64,000 bases of DNA from Myxococcota bacterium. GTDB taxonomy: Bacteria > Myxococcota_A > Polyangia > Nannocystales > Nannocystaceae. How positions within the stretch are numbered: the first letter of the stretch is position 1; each line of letters opens with the position of its first letter. Below the pieces are notes generated by a model. That model was not told where the DNA came from and did not search any database. It saw only the letters and a program-made list of their open reading frames with translations. Below, in pieces: positions 1 to 10,391 of this stretch. The DNA lies in contig JBCCHT010000022.1 in assembly GCA_039028615.1 (NCBI GenBank), positions 32,001 through 96,000 of the forward strand, given 5' to 3'. The translations under genes and the position numbers were made by a program.

Positions 1-2
1 GC

Positions 3-1649
3 GGCGATCAGTCCGATGCGCTGATGGATCGGCGGGTGGCGTGCCTCGACGATCGACTGCGACACCTGGACGCGACCGTCGGCGAGCTGCTGCACATCGA
101 TGCCACCGCGATGGAATCGGCCGTGGATGCGGCGGCCTCGCTGCCGTCGCTCGACGCCTGCGCCGACGCCGAGGGGCTGCTCGAGGCCATGCCGCGCCCC
201 ACCGCTCCCGAGGTCGTGCAGCGCCTGGTCGGCGCCGAAGAAGACCTCGCCCAGATCGACGCGCTCACCCGCCTCGGCCGCTGGGCGGACGCCCGCGCGC
301 TGTTGCCCGAGCTCGGCCCCCGCGTCTCGGAGCTCGACTTTGCCCCGCTCACCGTCCGGCACCATCGGCTCTCGGGGCTCATCTCGCGCATGACCGACGA
401 CTACGCGGGCGCGGAGAAGAGCCTGCGCTCGGCCTACCGGGAAGCTCTGCGAACCCGCCAGCACGAACAAGCCGCTCGGGCGGCCAGCATGCTGCTCAAC
501 CTGCTCGGAGCCGCCAAGTGGAATGCCGAGGCCGCCGACGCGTGGGTCATCCACGCCGAGGCGCTGGCCGAGGCAGCGGACTCGAGCGAGGTCACCGAGC
601 ACCTGCTGATGACCCGCGGCAACGTGGCCCGAGCGGCCGGCGACTACGGGACCGCCAAGGGTTTCTACCAGCAGGTGCTCGAGCTTCGGGAGGCTCGGGC
701 CGGGGTGGACCCGCTCGAGGTCAGCGAAGTGCGACGCCGTCTCGCGAGCGTGGCGAGCTATACGGGCAACTACGCTCGCGCCCGGGACCTGCTGCAGCAG
801 GTACTGGAGAGCGAGCAACAGCGGCTCGGCCCCGACCATCCGCGGGTGGCCGTGGCCCTCAATCTCCTCGGCACGGTGGCGAACTATCAGCTGCGCCACG
901 ACGAGTCGCTGGAGCTGCTGCAGCGCGCCCACGAGATTTCCGTCGCCGCCTTCGGGCCGCGCTCGCGACAGGTCGCGGACTCCCTCAACCGCTTGGCCAC
1001 CGTTCGGGCGCAGGCGGGGCAGTGGTCCGAAGCCGCCGAGCTGTTCGAGCAATCGCAGGACATCTGCGTCGAGCTCTTCGGCGAGGACAGCATCGAAGCG
1101 TCGACCCCCATGCTCAACGGCGCGGTGGTCCTCAAGACGATGGGCAAATACGAGGAGGCGAGAACGCTGCTGGAGCGCGTGCTCGGCATCACCGAGCGCA
1201 TGCGCGGGGCCGACTCGGACGACCTGCTCTTCCCGCTAATCAACCTGGCGTTCTTGGAGGTTCGACTCGGCCGCTTCGAACGAGCGTTTGCGTACTACGA
1301 GCGAGCACGAACGCTCGTCGACGCGCTCGAGCAGCCCAACCCCCCGATGGCGCTACGCGTGCTGTCGGCCGGAGGCGCCGCCGCGGCGGGCCTGGGTCGG
1401 TGGCCCACGTCGATCGAGCTGTTGGAGCACGCGCAGGAGGTCGCCGCGACGGCCGAGGGGGTCAGCGCGAGCCTGGCGTCGAAGGTGGACTACGATCTCG
1501 CCAAGAGCCTGTGGGAGGCCGCCCCTGGAGCCGGGCGAGACCGTGCGCGCGCCGTGGAGCTGGCCACGCGGGCGCTCGAGCGATTGCCCGAGACGGACGA
1601 ACAGGACGAGCAACGGGACGAGATCGAGCAGTGGCTCGCCGCCCGCTGA
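3..1649 (+). CDS. C-terminal TPR-rich part of a myxobacterial Ser/Thr kinase-TPR protein (5' truncated by window edge)
   Basis: Frame is open from position 3. GDQSDALMDRRVACL matches GEQSDTLLDLRTACL of the kinase at 1656-4316; kinesin-light-chain-type TPR repeats (LGPDHPRVAVALNLLG). Confidence 0.85.
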   Translation, partial: GDQSDALMDRRVACLDDRLRHLDATVGELLHIDATAMESAVDAAASLPSLDACADAEGLLEAMPRPTAPEVVQRLVGAEEDLAQIDALTRLGRWADARALLPELGPRVSELDFAPLTVRHHRLSGLISRMTDDYAGAEKSLRSAYREALRTRQHEQAARAASMLLNLLGAAKWNAEAADAWVIHAEALAEAADSSEVTEHLLMTRGNVARAAGDYGTAKGFYQQVLELREARAGVDPLEVSEVRRRLASVASYTGNYARARDLLQQVLESEQQRLGPDHPRVAVALNLLGTVANYQLRHDESLELLQRAHEISVAAFGPRSRQVADSLNRLATVRAQAGQWSEAAELFEQSQDICVELFGEDSIEASTPMLNGAVVLKTMGKYEEARTLLERVLGITERMRGADSDDLLFPLINLAFLEVRLGRFERAFAYYERARTLVDALEQPNPPMALRVLSAGGAAAAGLGRWPTSIELLEHAQEVAATAEGVSASLASKVDYDLAKSLWEAAPGAGRDRARAVELATRALERLPETDEQDEQRDEIEQWLAAR

Positions 1650-1655
1650 TCGACG

Positions 1656-4316
1656 CTACTGGGCTTGGGCCTCGGCCAGCCAGGTCGCGGCTTGCTTCGC
1701 CATCTCGGGATCGAGGTCCTCGATCTCTTCGGCGAGCGCCAACGCCTTCGTCCCCAGCGCCACGGCATCGTCGATCGTCCCCCGCTCGAACGCGAGGTCG
1801 GCCCGCGCCATGACCAGCTTGACCTCGTCGCGCCGCCGATCGCCGCTGCGCTGCTCGAGGTTCTTCGCCACGTCGTCGATCTCGCGCTGCGCCCGATCGA
1901 ACTTCCCCAGCGCCGTCGAAGCACGAGACAGCGCGAGCAAGCAGTTGGCCTGGTGGGGATGCCCCGGGGGCAGCGCCACGCGGAAGATGTCCAGCGCCCG
2001 GGAAAAGTAGTCGTGCGCCGCGGCCCAGCTCTCCCGTGCGAGCGCCACGTTGCCCAAGTTGCCCAGCGTCCCGCCCACGCTGGGGTGCCGCTCGCCGATC
2101 AGCCGCTGCTTGAGCTCCAGTGCCTGCAAGTAGTGTCGCTCGGCCTGCGCGTAGTCCTTCAGCCGCTCGTAGGCGATGCCCAGGTTGTTGAAGCGCTGGG
2201 CGACCACGGGGTGGTGCTCCCCGAGCAGCGACTCGGCCTTGTCGGCGGACTCTCGATAGTTGTCGATGGCCTCGTCGTACCGCCCCTGCTGCACGGCCAC
2301 GTTGCCCAGGTGCGCCAACGCCCGCATCTGTGCTTCTTCGCTCAGCTGCCGCGACAGCTCGGCGCTCGCCTCATAGGCCTTGCGTGCCTCCTCCCAGTCG
2401 CGTCGACCGAAGTGCACGGTCCCGATGGCGGACCGCAGCGACATGCGACTGAAGGGATCGTCCCCCGCTCGGGTGATGGCCGCGCGCGCATGGTCGACCC
2501 AACGCAGGCCCTCGTCCGGGTCGGCCTGGTCGAAGCCCAGCACCAGCACCAGCTGCGTTGCCGCCTCGGCGACGGTCTCGTCCGCGTGATGAGCCGTGCC
2601 CTTCCACACCGCGTCTCGCAAGGCCGCGGCCGCGACCTCGGACTCCCCGTTGTGCTGCGACGCCCGACCGACCAACAGCGCCGTCTCGGCGGCGACGGGG
2701 CCGTACTTCGTGAGCTCGGCGCGTCGCCGCAGGTGCCGGGCTTCCGCCGCCGCATCCGCGTAACGACCGGCCTTGAAGATGCCCTGAACCCGGGCAATAC
2801 CGGTCCGAATCCCCTCCACCTCCGCCGCGACCACCGGGTCCTCAGGCGGAGGCGCAGCCGCTTGCAGGCGCTCTCGATCCCCACAGCTGGCGATCGCCGA
2901 CAGCCCCGAGGCGGCCGTGGCCGAGCGCTCGACCATCTTCTCGTCCGCTTCCAGCAGAGTGTCGACGAAGGTCTCGAGCTCGGCCCGTCGACGATCGAGG
3001 CAGGCCGTCCGCAGATCGAGCAAAGTGTCGCTCTGCTCGCCGCGCACGTGGGTGGCCATGCACGCGTCGGTGGTCATCTCCACCCACGACTCCGCGTAGC
3101 GATCGAGCTGTGCCACCACACGAGAGGCCATGTCTGCGGCGAAGGGAGTCTTCACGTCGGCGATGCGCGTGGACAAGGCCTCGCGCCGCGCGGGATCCCA
3201 GACGCCGACCAACCCCTGGCCCGCGTCGGTGCACGCCGTCGGCAAGCTCGGCTCGTTCGCGTCGGAGCTTCGGGTAACGCCCCAGCCCACGGCCGCCACC
3301 GCCACCACGCCCAGCCCCACCGTGGCCCATCGTCGCCATGGGGCAGTGCGGTCTCGAGTCAGCTGCGCCAGCAGCTCGGCCATCGAAGGCCAGCGCTCCT
3401 CGGCCGACGGCGCCAGCCCACGCACCAACGCCTCGCGTAGCCAACGGGGGACCTTGCTGGCGCGCGGGGCCTCGCGAATCCCCCCGTGCAAGACGTTCCG
3501 CAAGATCGTCGCCGCCGACTTTCCTTCGTAAGGCCGATCGCCGTAGAGCGCCTCGAATAGCGCCACACAGAAGCTGAACTGGTCGGAGTGGGCATCGACC
3601 TTGCCGCCCAGAAACTGCTCGGGCGCCATGTAGGCGGGCGTGCCCACCACCGCGCCCGCCCGGGTGATGCGGCTCGACAGCGAGGTCTCGGGCTCTTGCT
3701 CGAGGTCACGCAGCGACGGCGGCTCGACGTCGGAGTCGAGCACCGCCTCATCGGCGAGGGCCAGGCCGAAATCCAGCACGCGCACCCGACCGTCCGCGCC
3801 CAAGAACGCGTTCTCCGGCTTGAAGTCGCGATGCACCAGGCCCGCGGCGTGCACCGCCTCGAGCCCCCGCCCCGCTTGCACGTAGATGCGCAGTACCTCG
3901 GACCAGGTGTGCTCTCGCTTGCCCCAGCGCCACAGGTCCTGGCCCTCGAGGTACTCCATCGCCACGAAGATCTGGTCGTCGACGGTGCCCACGTCGTGCA
4001 CCGCGACCACGTTGGGGTGTGAGAGCCGAGCCAGCGCCTGCGCCTCGCGGAGCAGCCGCGTGTCGTGCTCTTCGCGATAGCTGCCGGGCGGGAGCACCTT
4101 GAGCGCGATCCGTCGGTCGAGCTTCGGATCGTAGACCGCATACACCACGCCCATCGCCCCGCGCCCCAGCGGCTCGAGCACGACATAGCGCCCCAGCTTC
4201 ATGCCCGCCCCCAGGGGCCGGGATTCTTCCTTCGCGGGTCGAGCCTCGGTTTCGTCGCCGACCAGCGTCGACTCGCCCGAAGGGCGCAGGGTCGAAGGCT
4301 CGGACGACTCGGTCAC
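1656..4316 (-). CDS. Ser/Thr protein kinase with TM helix and TPR repeats
   Basis: GRGAMG, ALK, HRDFKPEN, DFG, GTPAYMAPE motifs; hydrophobic segment; TPR repeats (GEHHPVVAQRFNNLG). Start taken as GTG at 4316 (ORF track extends to 4364). Confidence 0.92.
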   Translation of the reverse strand: MTESSEPSTLRPSGESTLVGDETEARPAKEESRPLGAGMKLGRYVVLEPLGRGAMGVVYAVYDPKLDRRIALKVLPPGSYREEHDTRLLREAQALARLSHPNVVAVHDVGTVDDQIFVAMEYLEGQDLWRWGKREHTWSEVLRIYVQAGRGLEAVHAAGLVHRDFKPENAFLGADGRVRVLDFGLALADEAVLDSDVEPPSLRDLEQEPETSLSSRITRAGAVVGTPAYMAPEQFLGGKVDAHSDQFSFCVALFEALYGDRPYEGKSAATILRNVLHGGIREAPRASKVPRWLREALVRGLAPSAEERWPSMAELLAQLTRDRTAPWRRWATVGLGVVAVAAVGWGVTRSSDANEPSLPTACTDAGQGLVGVWDPARREALSTRIADVKTPFAADMASRVVAQLDRYAESWVEMTTDACMATHVRGEQSDTLLDLRTACLDRRRAELETFVDTLLEADEKMVERSATAASGLSAIASCGDRERLQAAAPPPEDPVVAAEVEGIRTGIARVQGIFKAGRYADAAAEARHLRRRAELTKYGPVAAETALLVGRASQHNGESEVAAAALRDAVWKGTAHHADETVAEAATQLVLVLGFDQADPDEGLRWVDHARAAITRAGDDPFSRMSLRSAIGTVHFGRRDWEEARKAYEASAELSRQLSEEAQMRALAHLGNVAVQQGRYDEAIDNYRESADKAESLLGEHHPVVAQRFNNLGIAYERLKDYAQAERHYLQALELKQRLIGERHPSVGGTLGNLGNVALARESWAAAHDYFSRALDIFRVALPPGHPHQANCLLALSRASTALGKFDRAQREIDDVAKNLEQRSGDRRRDEVKLVMARADLAFERGTIDDAVALGTKALALAEEIEDLDPEMAKQAATWLAEAQAQ

Positions 4317-4427
4317 GGGGTCACCCGAGTATCCCGCAGTCGGGTGTCCGCCGAAAATCGCCAACCTGGGTCGCTCGCGCCGAAGCTCGGCCCGCCGCGC
4401 CCAGGGGCGATGGAACGCTGATTCAGT

Positions 4428-5903
4428 TCAGGTCGGACCGCACTGACCACCCTGCCCCGCCTGGACGCGAGCGAGCCGCAGGGTGGTGCTGCCGGGCGCG
4501 TCGAACCAGGACCACACCACGTCACCGCGTGGGTCGGCGCGGAACGGGTCGTCGCGTCGGCCCCAGCGTGCCACCGCGCTGATGTCCACCGGGCCCTCGA
4601 GGAAGGCCCCCGCGGCGTCGATGCGGGCCAGCTGCCACACGTCGCCCGGCTCGTGCCAGCCCACGAGGTACTGCTCGGCCGGGTCGTCGCCGGGCTGCCA
4701 CCGGGCGATGCTCGCGTCGTCCTCGTCGACCCCTGGCGTGTCGGTCAGCCACACCACCGCCCCCGCGTCGAGGTTGGTGGCGATGACCGATAGCCCGATG
4801 TCTTGGTTCATCGTGGCCGGGTCGTAGGACGACTGTCCCAAGGTGGCGGGCGCCTGATGGGCATTGAACACCAGCGACCACCCGTCGGGGCCGAGCGCCG
4901 CCCCGCCGAGCTCTCCGGCGACGCTGCCGTTGCAGCCCGCGTCGACGTCGATGACCTTCGATGCGTTGTGATCGAGGTAGATGCCGCCGATGCTGTTGGT
5001 GGAAAAATCGCCCGAGGTTCCCGGGAAGCAATCGGTCACGCACGCGGGCATGAAGGCGTCGACGGCGGGGTTGTAGCGCAGCAGGTTGCTCATGCTGTGC
5101 GAGCAGCCCCACCCCCAGCCGTTGGTGCCCGCGCCCGAGTCGGCGTCCACCCACTTGAGGGTGTCGCCCTCGTGCCCCGAGTGCGAGTGCACGTGATAGT
5201 AGGCGCCGTAGGTGCCCGCGCCGTACTCGAGCCGGCTGTCGCCGATGCCGAAATCGGTGGGGTCGTTGTCGGCGTTGGTCAGCTCGGTGGACCACTGCTC
5301 GACGCCATCGAGGTCGTAGCGGCGGATCCAGATGCGGTCGGCCGCGTCGTCCCACAGAAGCGCCCCGAAGTAGGCACCGGGCTCGGCCGCGAGCCCGCGC
5401 AGCTGCAGGCCCGCGGGGAGATCGAGCACGGTGACCAGGGCATCGCTGCCATCGAGCACTGCGACCTGCGGCGTGCCCGAGCCGGTGGTGAAGCCGACCA
5501 GGGTGCCGCATTCGTCCCGTGGGGTGGTGAACACGGGTGCCACGTGCAGCGAGCCCGTGCCCCAGATGCGCCAGTTGTTGACGCCCGAGGCCACGCCTTG
5601 TGGGACCTCGAACTCGGTGACGAGCAAGCGCTCGAGCAAAGGACCCTCGACCGGGGGTTCCTCGGCGGTGGTGTCTCCCACCGAGTCGTCGGGATCGGTC
5701 GCCGACCCCGAGTCGGCTGGGGTCGCGTCGCTGGTGCCAGCCGTGGCATCGCCGGCGCCCGATCCACCCGGGCCACCCGACGGGCCCGCATCCGAGCCTC
5801 CCGGCCCCGAGCCGGCTTCGGTCTCGCCGCTCGTCTGCGTCGAGCCCGAGTAGCAGCCGAGCGCTACAACCCACGTCCATACCAAGCTCGATCGCGCACG
5901 CAT
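4428..5903 (-). CDS. Hypothetical lipoprotein with Ser/Gly/Asp linker and beta-rich, Cys/His-containing domain
   Basis: Lipobox-like VALGC; low-complexity linker; YHVHSHSGHEGD and WGWGCSHS segments. Confidence 0.75.
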   Translation of the reverse strand: MRARSSLVWTWVVALGCYSGSTQTSGETEAGSGPGGSDAGPSGGPGGSGAGDATAGTSDATPADSGSATDPDDSVGDTTAEEPPVEGPLLERLLVTEFEVPQGVASGVNNWRIWGTGSLHVAPVFTTPRDECGTLVGFTTGSGTPQVAVLDGSDALVTVLDLPAGLQLRGLAAEPGAYFGALLWDDAADRIWIRRYDLDGVEQWSTELTNADNDPTDFGIGDSRLEYGAGTYGAYYHVHSHSGHEGDTLKWVDADSGAGTNGWGWGCSHSMSNLLRYNPAVDAFMPACVTDCFPGTSGDFSTNSIGGIYLDHNASKVIDVDAGCNGSVAGELGGAALGPDGWSLVFNAHQAPATLGQSSYDPATMNQDIGLSVIATNLDAGAVVWLTDTPGVDEDDASIARWQPGDDPAEQYLVGWHEPGDVWQLARIDAAGAFLEGPVDISAVARWGRRDDPFRADPRGDVVWSWFDAPGSTTLRLARVQAGQGGQCGPT

Positions 5904-6085
5904 CGGGATCCTCCAGCCGGGCCGCCAAAACCCGTGACACTACCGTAGCGCGAGGATCGAGCGAGAGAAGGCCAAACTCGTCCCTCGTTGGCCATGATGG
6001 GGCTTGTCGACGTGAGGCGGACTACCGAGGCCACGAGGGCCGTGCCGGTCGCAGATCGAAGCGTGATCTTTGCTACCGTGACGCG

Positions 6086-6682
6086 GTGCGATCGCTGCCG
6101 CTCCTCGCCGCCGCCGCCCTGCTCTTCGGGTGCAGCCAGGACTCCAAACGAGACGGGGCCAAGCCCGAGCCCAAAGACGAGTCCGCCGCCGCCGAGCCCT
6201 CGGCGGGCGCAGATGCCAACGCCGGCGACAAGAGCGGGATCGATCCCGAGCACCTCGCGGCGAAGCTCGAGCCCGATGCCTGCGCGATGCTGTCGGCCGG
6301 CGCCGCCCAGAAGATCCTGGGGCTGAGCACACCGCCCACCACCGAGGCAGGCACGGCCGAGAAACCCACCCGCGCGCGCTGCCTGTACCGCTGGACGGAC
6401 GAGGGCGGCGAGCGGGCGATCGAAATCGCTTGGGCCAGCGCGCTGCAGGACCAAGCCGACAAAATCACCAAGGGCATGGGGCTGGCCCGCAAGGACGTGG
6501 CGGAGCGTCGCCTGCAGCCGGCCGAGGTCGAGGGCGTGCGGCTGGCCACCTGGGGCGAGCACTGGCTCACCGTCTACGCCAACGAGCGCCAGGCCTTTTG
6601 GGTGATCACGGAAAAATCGGGTCGCAACGCCCTCGAGGCACGCACGCTCGCCACCGCCCTCGCCAACGAAGTGGTCCGCTGA
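6086..6682 (+). CDS. Hypothetical lipoprotein
   Basis: Signal peptide with lipobox LFGC; ends 1 nt before the M16 peptidase gene. Confidence 0.75.
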   Translation: MRSLPLLAAAALLFGCSQDSKRDGAKPEPKDESAAAEPSAGADANAGDKSGIDPEHLAAKLEPDACAMLSAGAAQKILGLSTPPTTEAGTAEKPTRARCLYRWTDEGGERAIEIAWASALQDQADKITKGMGLARKDVAERRLQPAEVEGVRLATWGEHWLTVYANERQAFWVITEKSGRNALEARTLATALANEVVR

Positions 6683-6683
6683 G

Positions 6684-8021
6684 ATGAGCCGCGGGCGAGC
6701 ACGGGGACACTGGCTCGCGCTGTGGGCCGGGCTGGTGCTGTGGCTGGGCGCCACGGCGGCTCAGGCTGCGTCGGTGCTGGACCACGAGCGCTACTCGATG
6801 GACAACGGCCTCGACGTGGTCCTGCACGTCGATCGCCGCCTGCCCTTGGTCGCGGTGAGCCTGGCCTATCACGTGGGTGCGATGCACGACGGCTCGCGCC
6901 CCGGCTTGGCCCACGTGGTCGAGCACCTGATGTTCCGCGGCACCCGTAAGGTCCCCGACGGCGAGTTCAATTACCGCCTCGTCGAGGCCGGAGCCCAGCA
7001 CACCAACGCCATCACGCACTACGACCAAACCGTCTATCACACGGTGATCCCCGCCGATCGGCTGGACGAGGTGCTGTGGCTCGAGTCCGATCGCATGGCG
7101 CACCTGGGCGCGGCGCTGACCGACGAGACCTTCGGCTCGGAGATCGAGACCACCATCGACGAGTGGGAGAACCGGATCCGCAGCGAGCGGAACGCCGAGT
7201 CGTTCATGACGATGTGGGAGGTCCTGTTTCCCGAGGGGCACCCCTTTCAGCACGCGCGCCCCGATGTGATCGCACGGCTGAACACCGACGACGGGCGCGG
7301 CTTCGTGCGACGCCACTACGGGCCCGCCAACGCCACCTTGGTGCTGGCCGGCGACCTGCCCGACGACGTCGGCGAGCGACTCGAGCGCTACTTTGGACCC
7401 CGCTCGGGAGGCACGCGTCCGAGCCGGCCCTCCCTGGAAGCGGCCGCGGTCACCCGAGATCTCCGCATCGCCCGAGCCGCCACGCTGTCCACGGTGCCGC
7501 TGGTGCTGGTCGGCTGGCCTTCGCCGGGGCTGTACGACGAGGGGGATGCCGCGGCCGACGTGCTGGCCTTCACCCTCAATGCCGGTCGTCTCGCGCGGCT
7601 GATCGAGGCTCAGTCGCCCGGCGTGGTGCTCGAGGTCGAGGCGCGCCAGCTCAGCCGCAGCGACCAGTCGGTGTTCTTCTTCGCGGCCTACGGCGCCGCC
7701 CATCAGCCCCCGGAGCCCGTGCTGGAGGCCCTGGATGCCGCGCTGGCCGAGCTGCGCCAGCACCCCCTGAATGCCGACGACGTGCGAAGAGCCCGGCGGC
7801 GACTGGGCATCGACACCCTGCGCGGGCTGCAGCGGCTCGATCAGCGCGCCGCCCAGATCCAGAGCTACATCTCCGCGGGCAAGGCCCCCGACTGGATCGA
7901 CGAGGACCTCGCTCGCTATGCCGCCGTGGACGAGGTCGCGGTGGCGGCCTTCGTGCGTGAGCACCTCCCGCCCGACCGACGCGTCGCCGTGCTGACCAGC
8001 CCCGTCGAGGGGGGCCGATGA
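6684..8021 (+). CDS. M16 (insulinase/pitrilysin) zinc peptidase, catalytic subunit
   Basis: Inverted zinc motif HVVEH in GLAHVVEHLMFRG; NAIT..D.T.Y; WLESDRM. Confidence 0.93.
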   Translation: MSRGRARGHWLALWAGLVLWLGATAAQAASVLDHERYSMDNGLDVVLHVDRRLPLVAVSLAYHVGAMHDGSRPGLAHVVEHLMFRGTRKVPDGEFNYRLVEAGAQHTNAITHYDQTVYHTVIPADRLDEVLWLESDRMAHLGAALTDETFGSEIETTIDEWENRIRSERNAESFMTMWEVLFPEGHPFQHARPDVIARLNTDDGRGFVRRHYGPANATLVLAGDLPDDVGERLERYFGPRSGGTRPSRPSLEAAAVTRDLRIARAATLSTVPLVLVGWPSPGLYDEGDAAADVLAFTLNAGRLARLIEAQSPGVVLEVEARQLSRSDQSVFFFAAYGAAHQPPEPVLEALDAALAELRQHPLNADDVRRARRRLGIDTLRGLQRLDQRAAQIQSYISAGKAPDWIDEDLARYAAVDEVAVAAFVREHLPPDRRVAVLTSPVEGGR

Positions 8022-9454
8022 TCCTGGACCGACGCCGGTTCCTCGCCTCTGTCGGCGCCACTTCACTGGTCGGCTGCGCGGGCCGAGAGCCTCCAGCGCC
8101 CGCCCGCCGCACGGGCCCACCGCACGTCGAGCTGCCCCCCGTGCTCAGCCAATCCTCGGCCGGAGGCAGCCGCACCTTCGTCGTCGAGGACCACGGCGTG
8201 CCGCTCGTGTCCATGGCCATCGTCACCGGAGGCGGTCATGTGCTCGAAGCCGCGGAGCACAAGGGCCTCGCCTCGCTCAGCGCCGCGCTGCTGCTCGAGG
8301 GCATGGACGGAGGCGACCGCGTCCAGCAGCTCGAGCGCTACGGCGAGTTCGGCACCACCCCCGACATCTCCGTCAGCGCGCAGCACACCTTCGTGTACTG
8401 CACGGTGCATCGCGATGATGCACCCGCCGCCCTTCGCCTGCTCACCGACACCCTGCACCGCGCCACCGTGGCCGAGGGGGACTTCGAGCGAATTCGGCAC
8501 AAGCGGCGCGACACGCTGGCGCTGCTTCGCGGCGCCCCCGATCGCATCGCCTCGTTGGGCATCGTGCTGGGGACCCTGGGCACCACCCCGCCCATCTCCG
8601 AGCTGTCACTCGGCACCGATGCCAGCCTGACCTCGCTGACCATGGACCAGGTGCGGGCTTGGTACGCGCAGCAGTTTCGCCTCGAGGGCACCACGTTCAT
8701 CCTCGCGGGTGACTTGCGCATGGACGAGGGGCAGGCCTGGGTCGACGCGGCCGCCCAGCGCTGGCCGAGCGCGGCTGGCCCCCGCGGCGGCGTCGCGGTG
8801 TCGAGCACGCCGAACTCGAACATCCCCCACAACGTGCTCATCCCCTGGCCCGACATCCCCCAAGGCATCGTGGCCTACGGGGGGCTGCATGCCCCATGGG
8901 GTGACCCGCGAGAGCCGGCGCAGACGGTCGCCCGGGCGCTCGTGGGCAGTTTCATGCATCACGAGCTCCGCACCGTGCTCCGTACCAGCTACGGCGTGCA
9001 GGACAGCGAGCTTTACACCACCCGGGGCAGCGTCCGCCTGCAGTGGGCCAAGCTCGAAAACGCCGACGTGGCCACCGCGGTACAGCGCCTTCGCGAGCGC
9101 CTCGAGCGGCTGCAGAGCGAGCTGATGCTCAACGAGGTCGGCGTGGACGCGACGCGCTTTTCGATGATGGTGGGCATGATGGACGACTTCCACGGTCCGG
9201 AAGCAGCCATGGTTCAGCTGCTGGAGCTGGCCGATGCCGACCTACCGCCGCAGACGTTCGCGCTGCGGCTGAAGGCGCTTCGGGAGCTCGATGCCGACAT
9301 CGTGACCGACGCGCTGCGGGGGCTGTACGACCCACAAACGCTCGGTTTGAGCGTGGTCGCCGACCCTGACGCGCTCGATGCCGTACGGGAAACGCTCCCC
9401 GTGAACAGCTCGATCACCCGGCAGCCGCAGGACATGCTCGGCGCACCCGCGTAG
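8018..9454 (+). CDS. M16 peptidase non-catalytic partner subunit, Tat lipoprotein
   Basis: DRRRFL Tat motif plus LVGC lipobox; M16-like segments (VVEDHGVPLVS, GLASL) without HxxEH; ELRT...SYG motif; 4-nt overlap with the upstream gene. Confidence 0.85.
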   Translation: MILDRRRFLASVGATSLVGCAGREPPAPARRTGPPHVELPPVLSQSSAGGSRTFVVEDHGVPLVSMAIVTGGGHVLEAAEHKGLASLSAALLLEGMDGGDRVQQLERYGEFGTTPDISVSAQHTFVYCTVHRDDAPAALRLLTDTLHRATVAEGDFERIRHKRRDTLALLRGAPDRIASLGIVLGTLGTTPPISELSLGTDASLTSLTMDQVRAWYAQQFRLEGTTFILAGDLRMDEGQAWVDAAAQRWPSAAGPRGGVAVSSTPNSNIPHNVLIPWPDIPQGIVAYGGLHAPWGDPREPAQTVARALVGSFMHHELRTVLRTSYGVQDSELYTTRGSVRLQWAKLENADVATAVQRLRERLERLQSELMLNEVGVDATRFSMMVGMMDDFHGPEAAMVQLLELADADLPPQTFALRLKALRELDADIVTDALRGLYDPQTLGLSVVADPDALDAVRETLPVNSSITRQPQDMLGAPA

Positions 9455-9494
9455 CCCACGCAGCGCCCACGAGCGGTATCCTCCTACCGATTCG

Positions 9495-10385
9495 ATGCGT
9501 CGCACCTCGAACCTCTTGCTGACCGCCGCTCTCTCGATCGCCAGCGGAGGCTGCACCAACACCGTCCCCGAGGAAGTCCTCGAGGAGCCCACCACGTCGG
9601 GCAGCTCGTCGTCCGGGTCGAGCACGACCGGGGTCGAGTCCATGGAGACCGAGGACAGCGTCGCGGACGAGAGCTCGGCGAGCGGCTCCGCGTCGGCCTC
9701 GAGCACCAGCACGGGGGACGCCTCCGACTCGTCGTCGACCACCGATCCGGAGCCCGTGTGCGGCAACGGCATCCCCGACATCGGCGAGCAGTGCGACGAC
9801 GGCAACGACGACGAGTTCGACGAGTGCACCACCGCGTGCACCATCCCGACCTGCGACGACGGCATCCACGACGGCGAAGAGACCGACGTCGACTGCGGAG
9901 GCCCCTGTGACAATGGGTGCGCCGAGTGCCTGATGTGCGTGGTCGACGAGGACTGCGGCGAGGACAACACCTGTAACGAGAGCGGCCAGTGCACCTTCAC
10001 GCAGCTGGTGCAGATCGACTGGCTCGCGAACTGCAGCGACGGCCCGGGCAACGGCGTCACGCTCACGGAGCTTCTCGCGGGCGACTACGAGGCCACGGCC
10101 TTGCCCAGCGCGGGCACCCTTTGGCTCCCCGAGACCCACAACCCTCCCAGCAGCGGCTACTTCTGGGAGGCTCAGTCGCCGCAGGTGACCTTTACGCAGA
10201 TGCAGACGCCCGCGGGCGTCCGCTACGTGGATGCAGACACCGCCTTCGCCAACATGCGCGCGACCTCCGAGGTGTTCACCCACGCGGGCGGCGACCTGAT
10301 GTTCTACCGCGAGGACACCACCTGTGGCGACAACGCGGGCGGTCTCGAGTTCGTACTCGAGCGCTGCTGCGAAGGCGCCTGCTGA
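9495..10385 (+). CDS. Lipoprotein with myxococcal cysteine-rich repeat (DUF4215-like)
   Basis: Lipobox SGGC; Ser/Thr linker; CGNG...GEQCDDGN...C and CDDGIHDGEETDVDCGGPC motifs. Confidence 0.85.
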   Translation: MRRTSNLLLTAALSIASGGCTNTVPEEVLEEPTTSGSSSSGSSTTGVESMETEDSVADESSASGSASASSTSTGDASDSSSTTDPEPVCGNGIPDIGEQCDDGNDDEFDECTTACTIPTCDDGIHDGEETDVDCGGPCDNGCAECLMCVVDEDCGEDNTCNESGQCTFTQLVQIDWLANCSDGPGNGVTLTELLAGDYEATALPSAGTLWLPETHNPPSSGYFWEAQSPQVTFTQMQTPAGVRYVDADTAFANMRATSEVFTHAGGDLMFYREDTTCGDNAGGLEFVLERCCEGAC

Positions 10386-10391
10386 GCGGCC

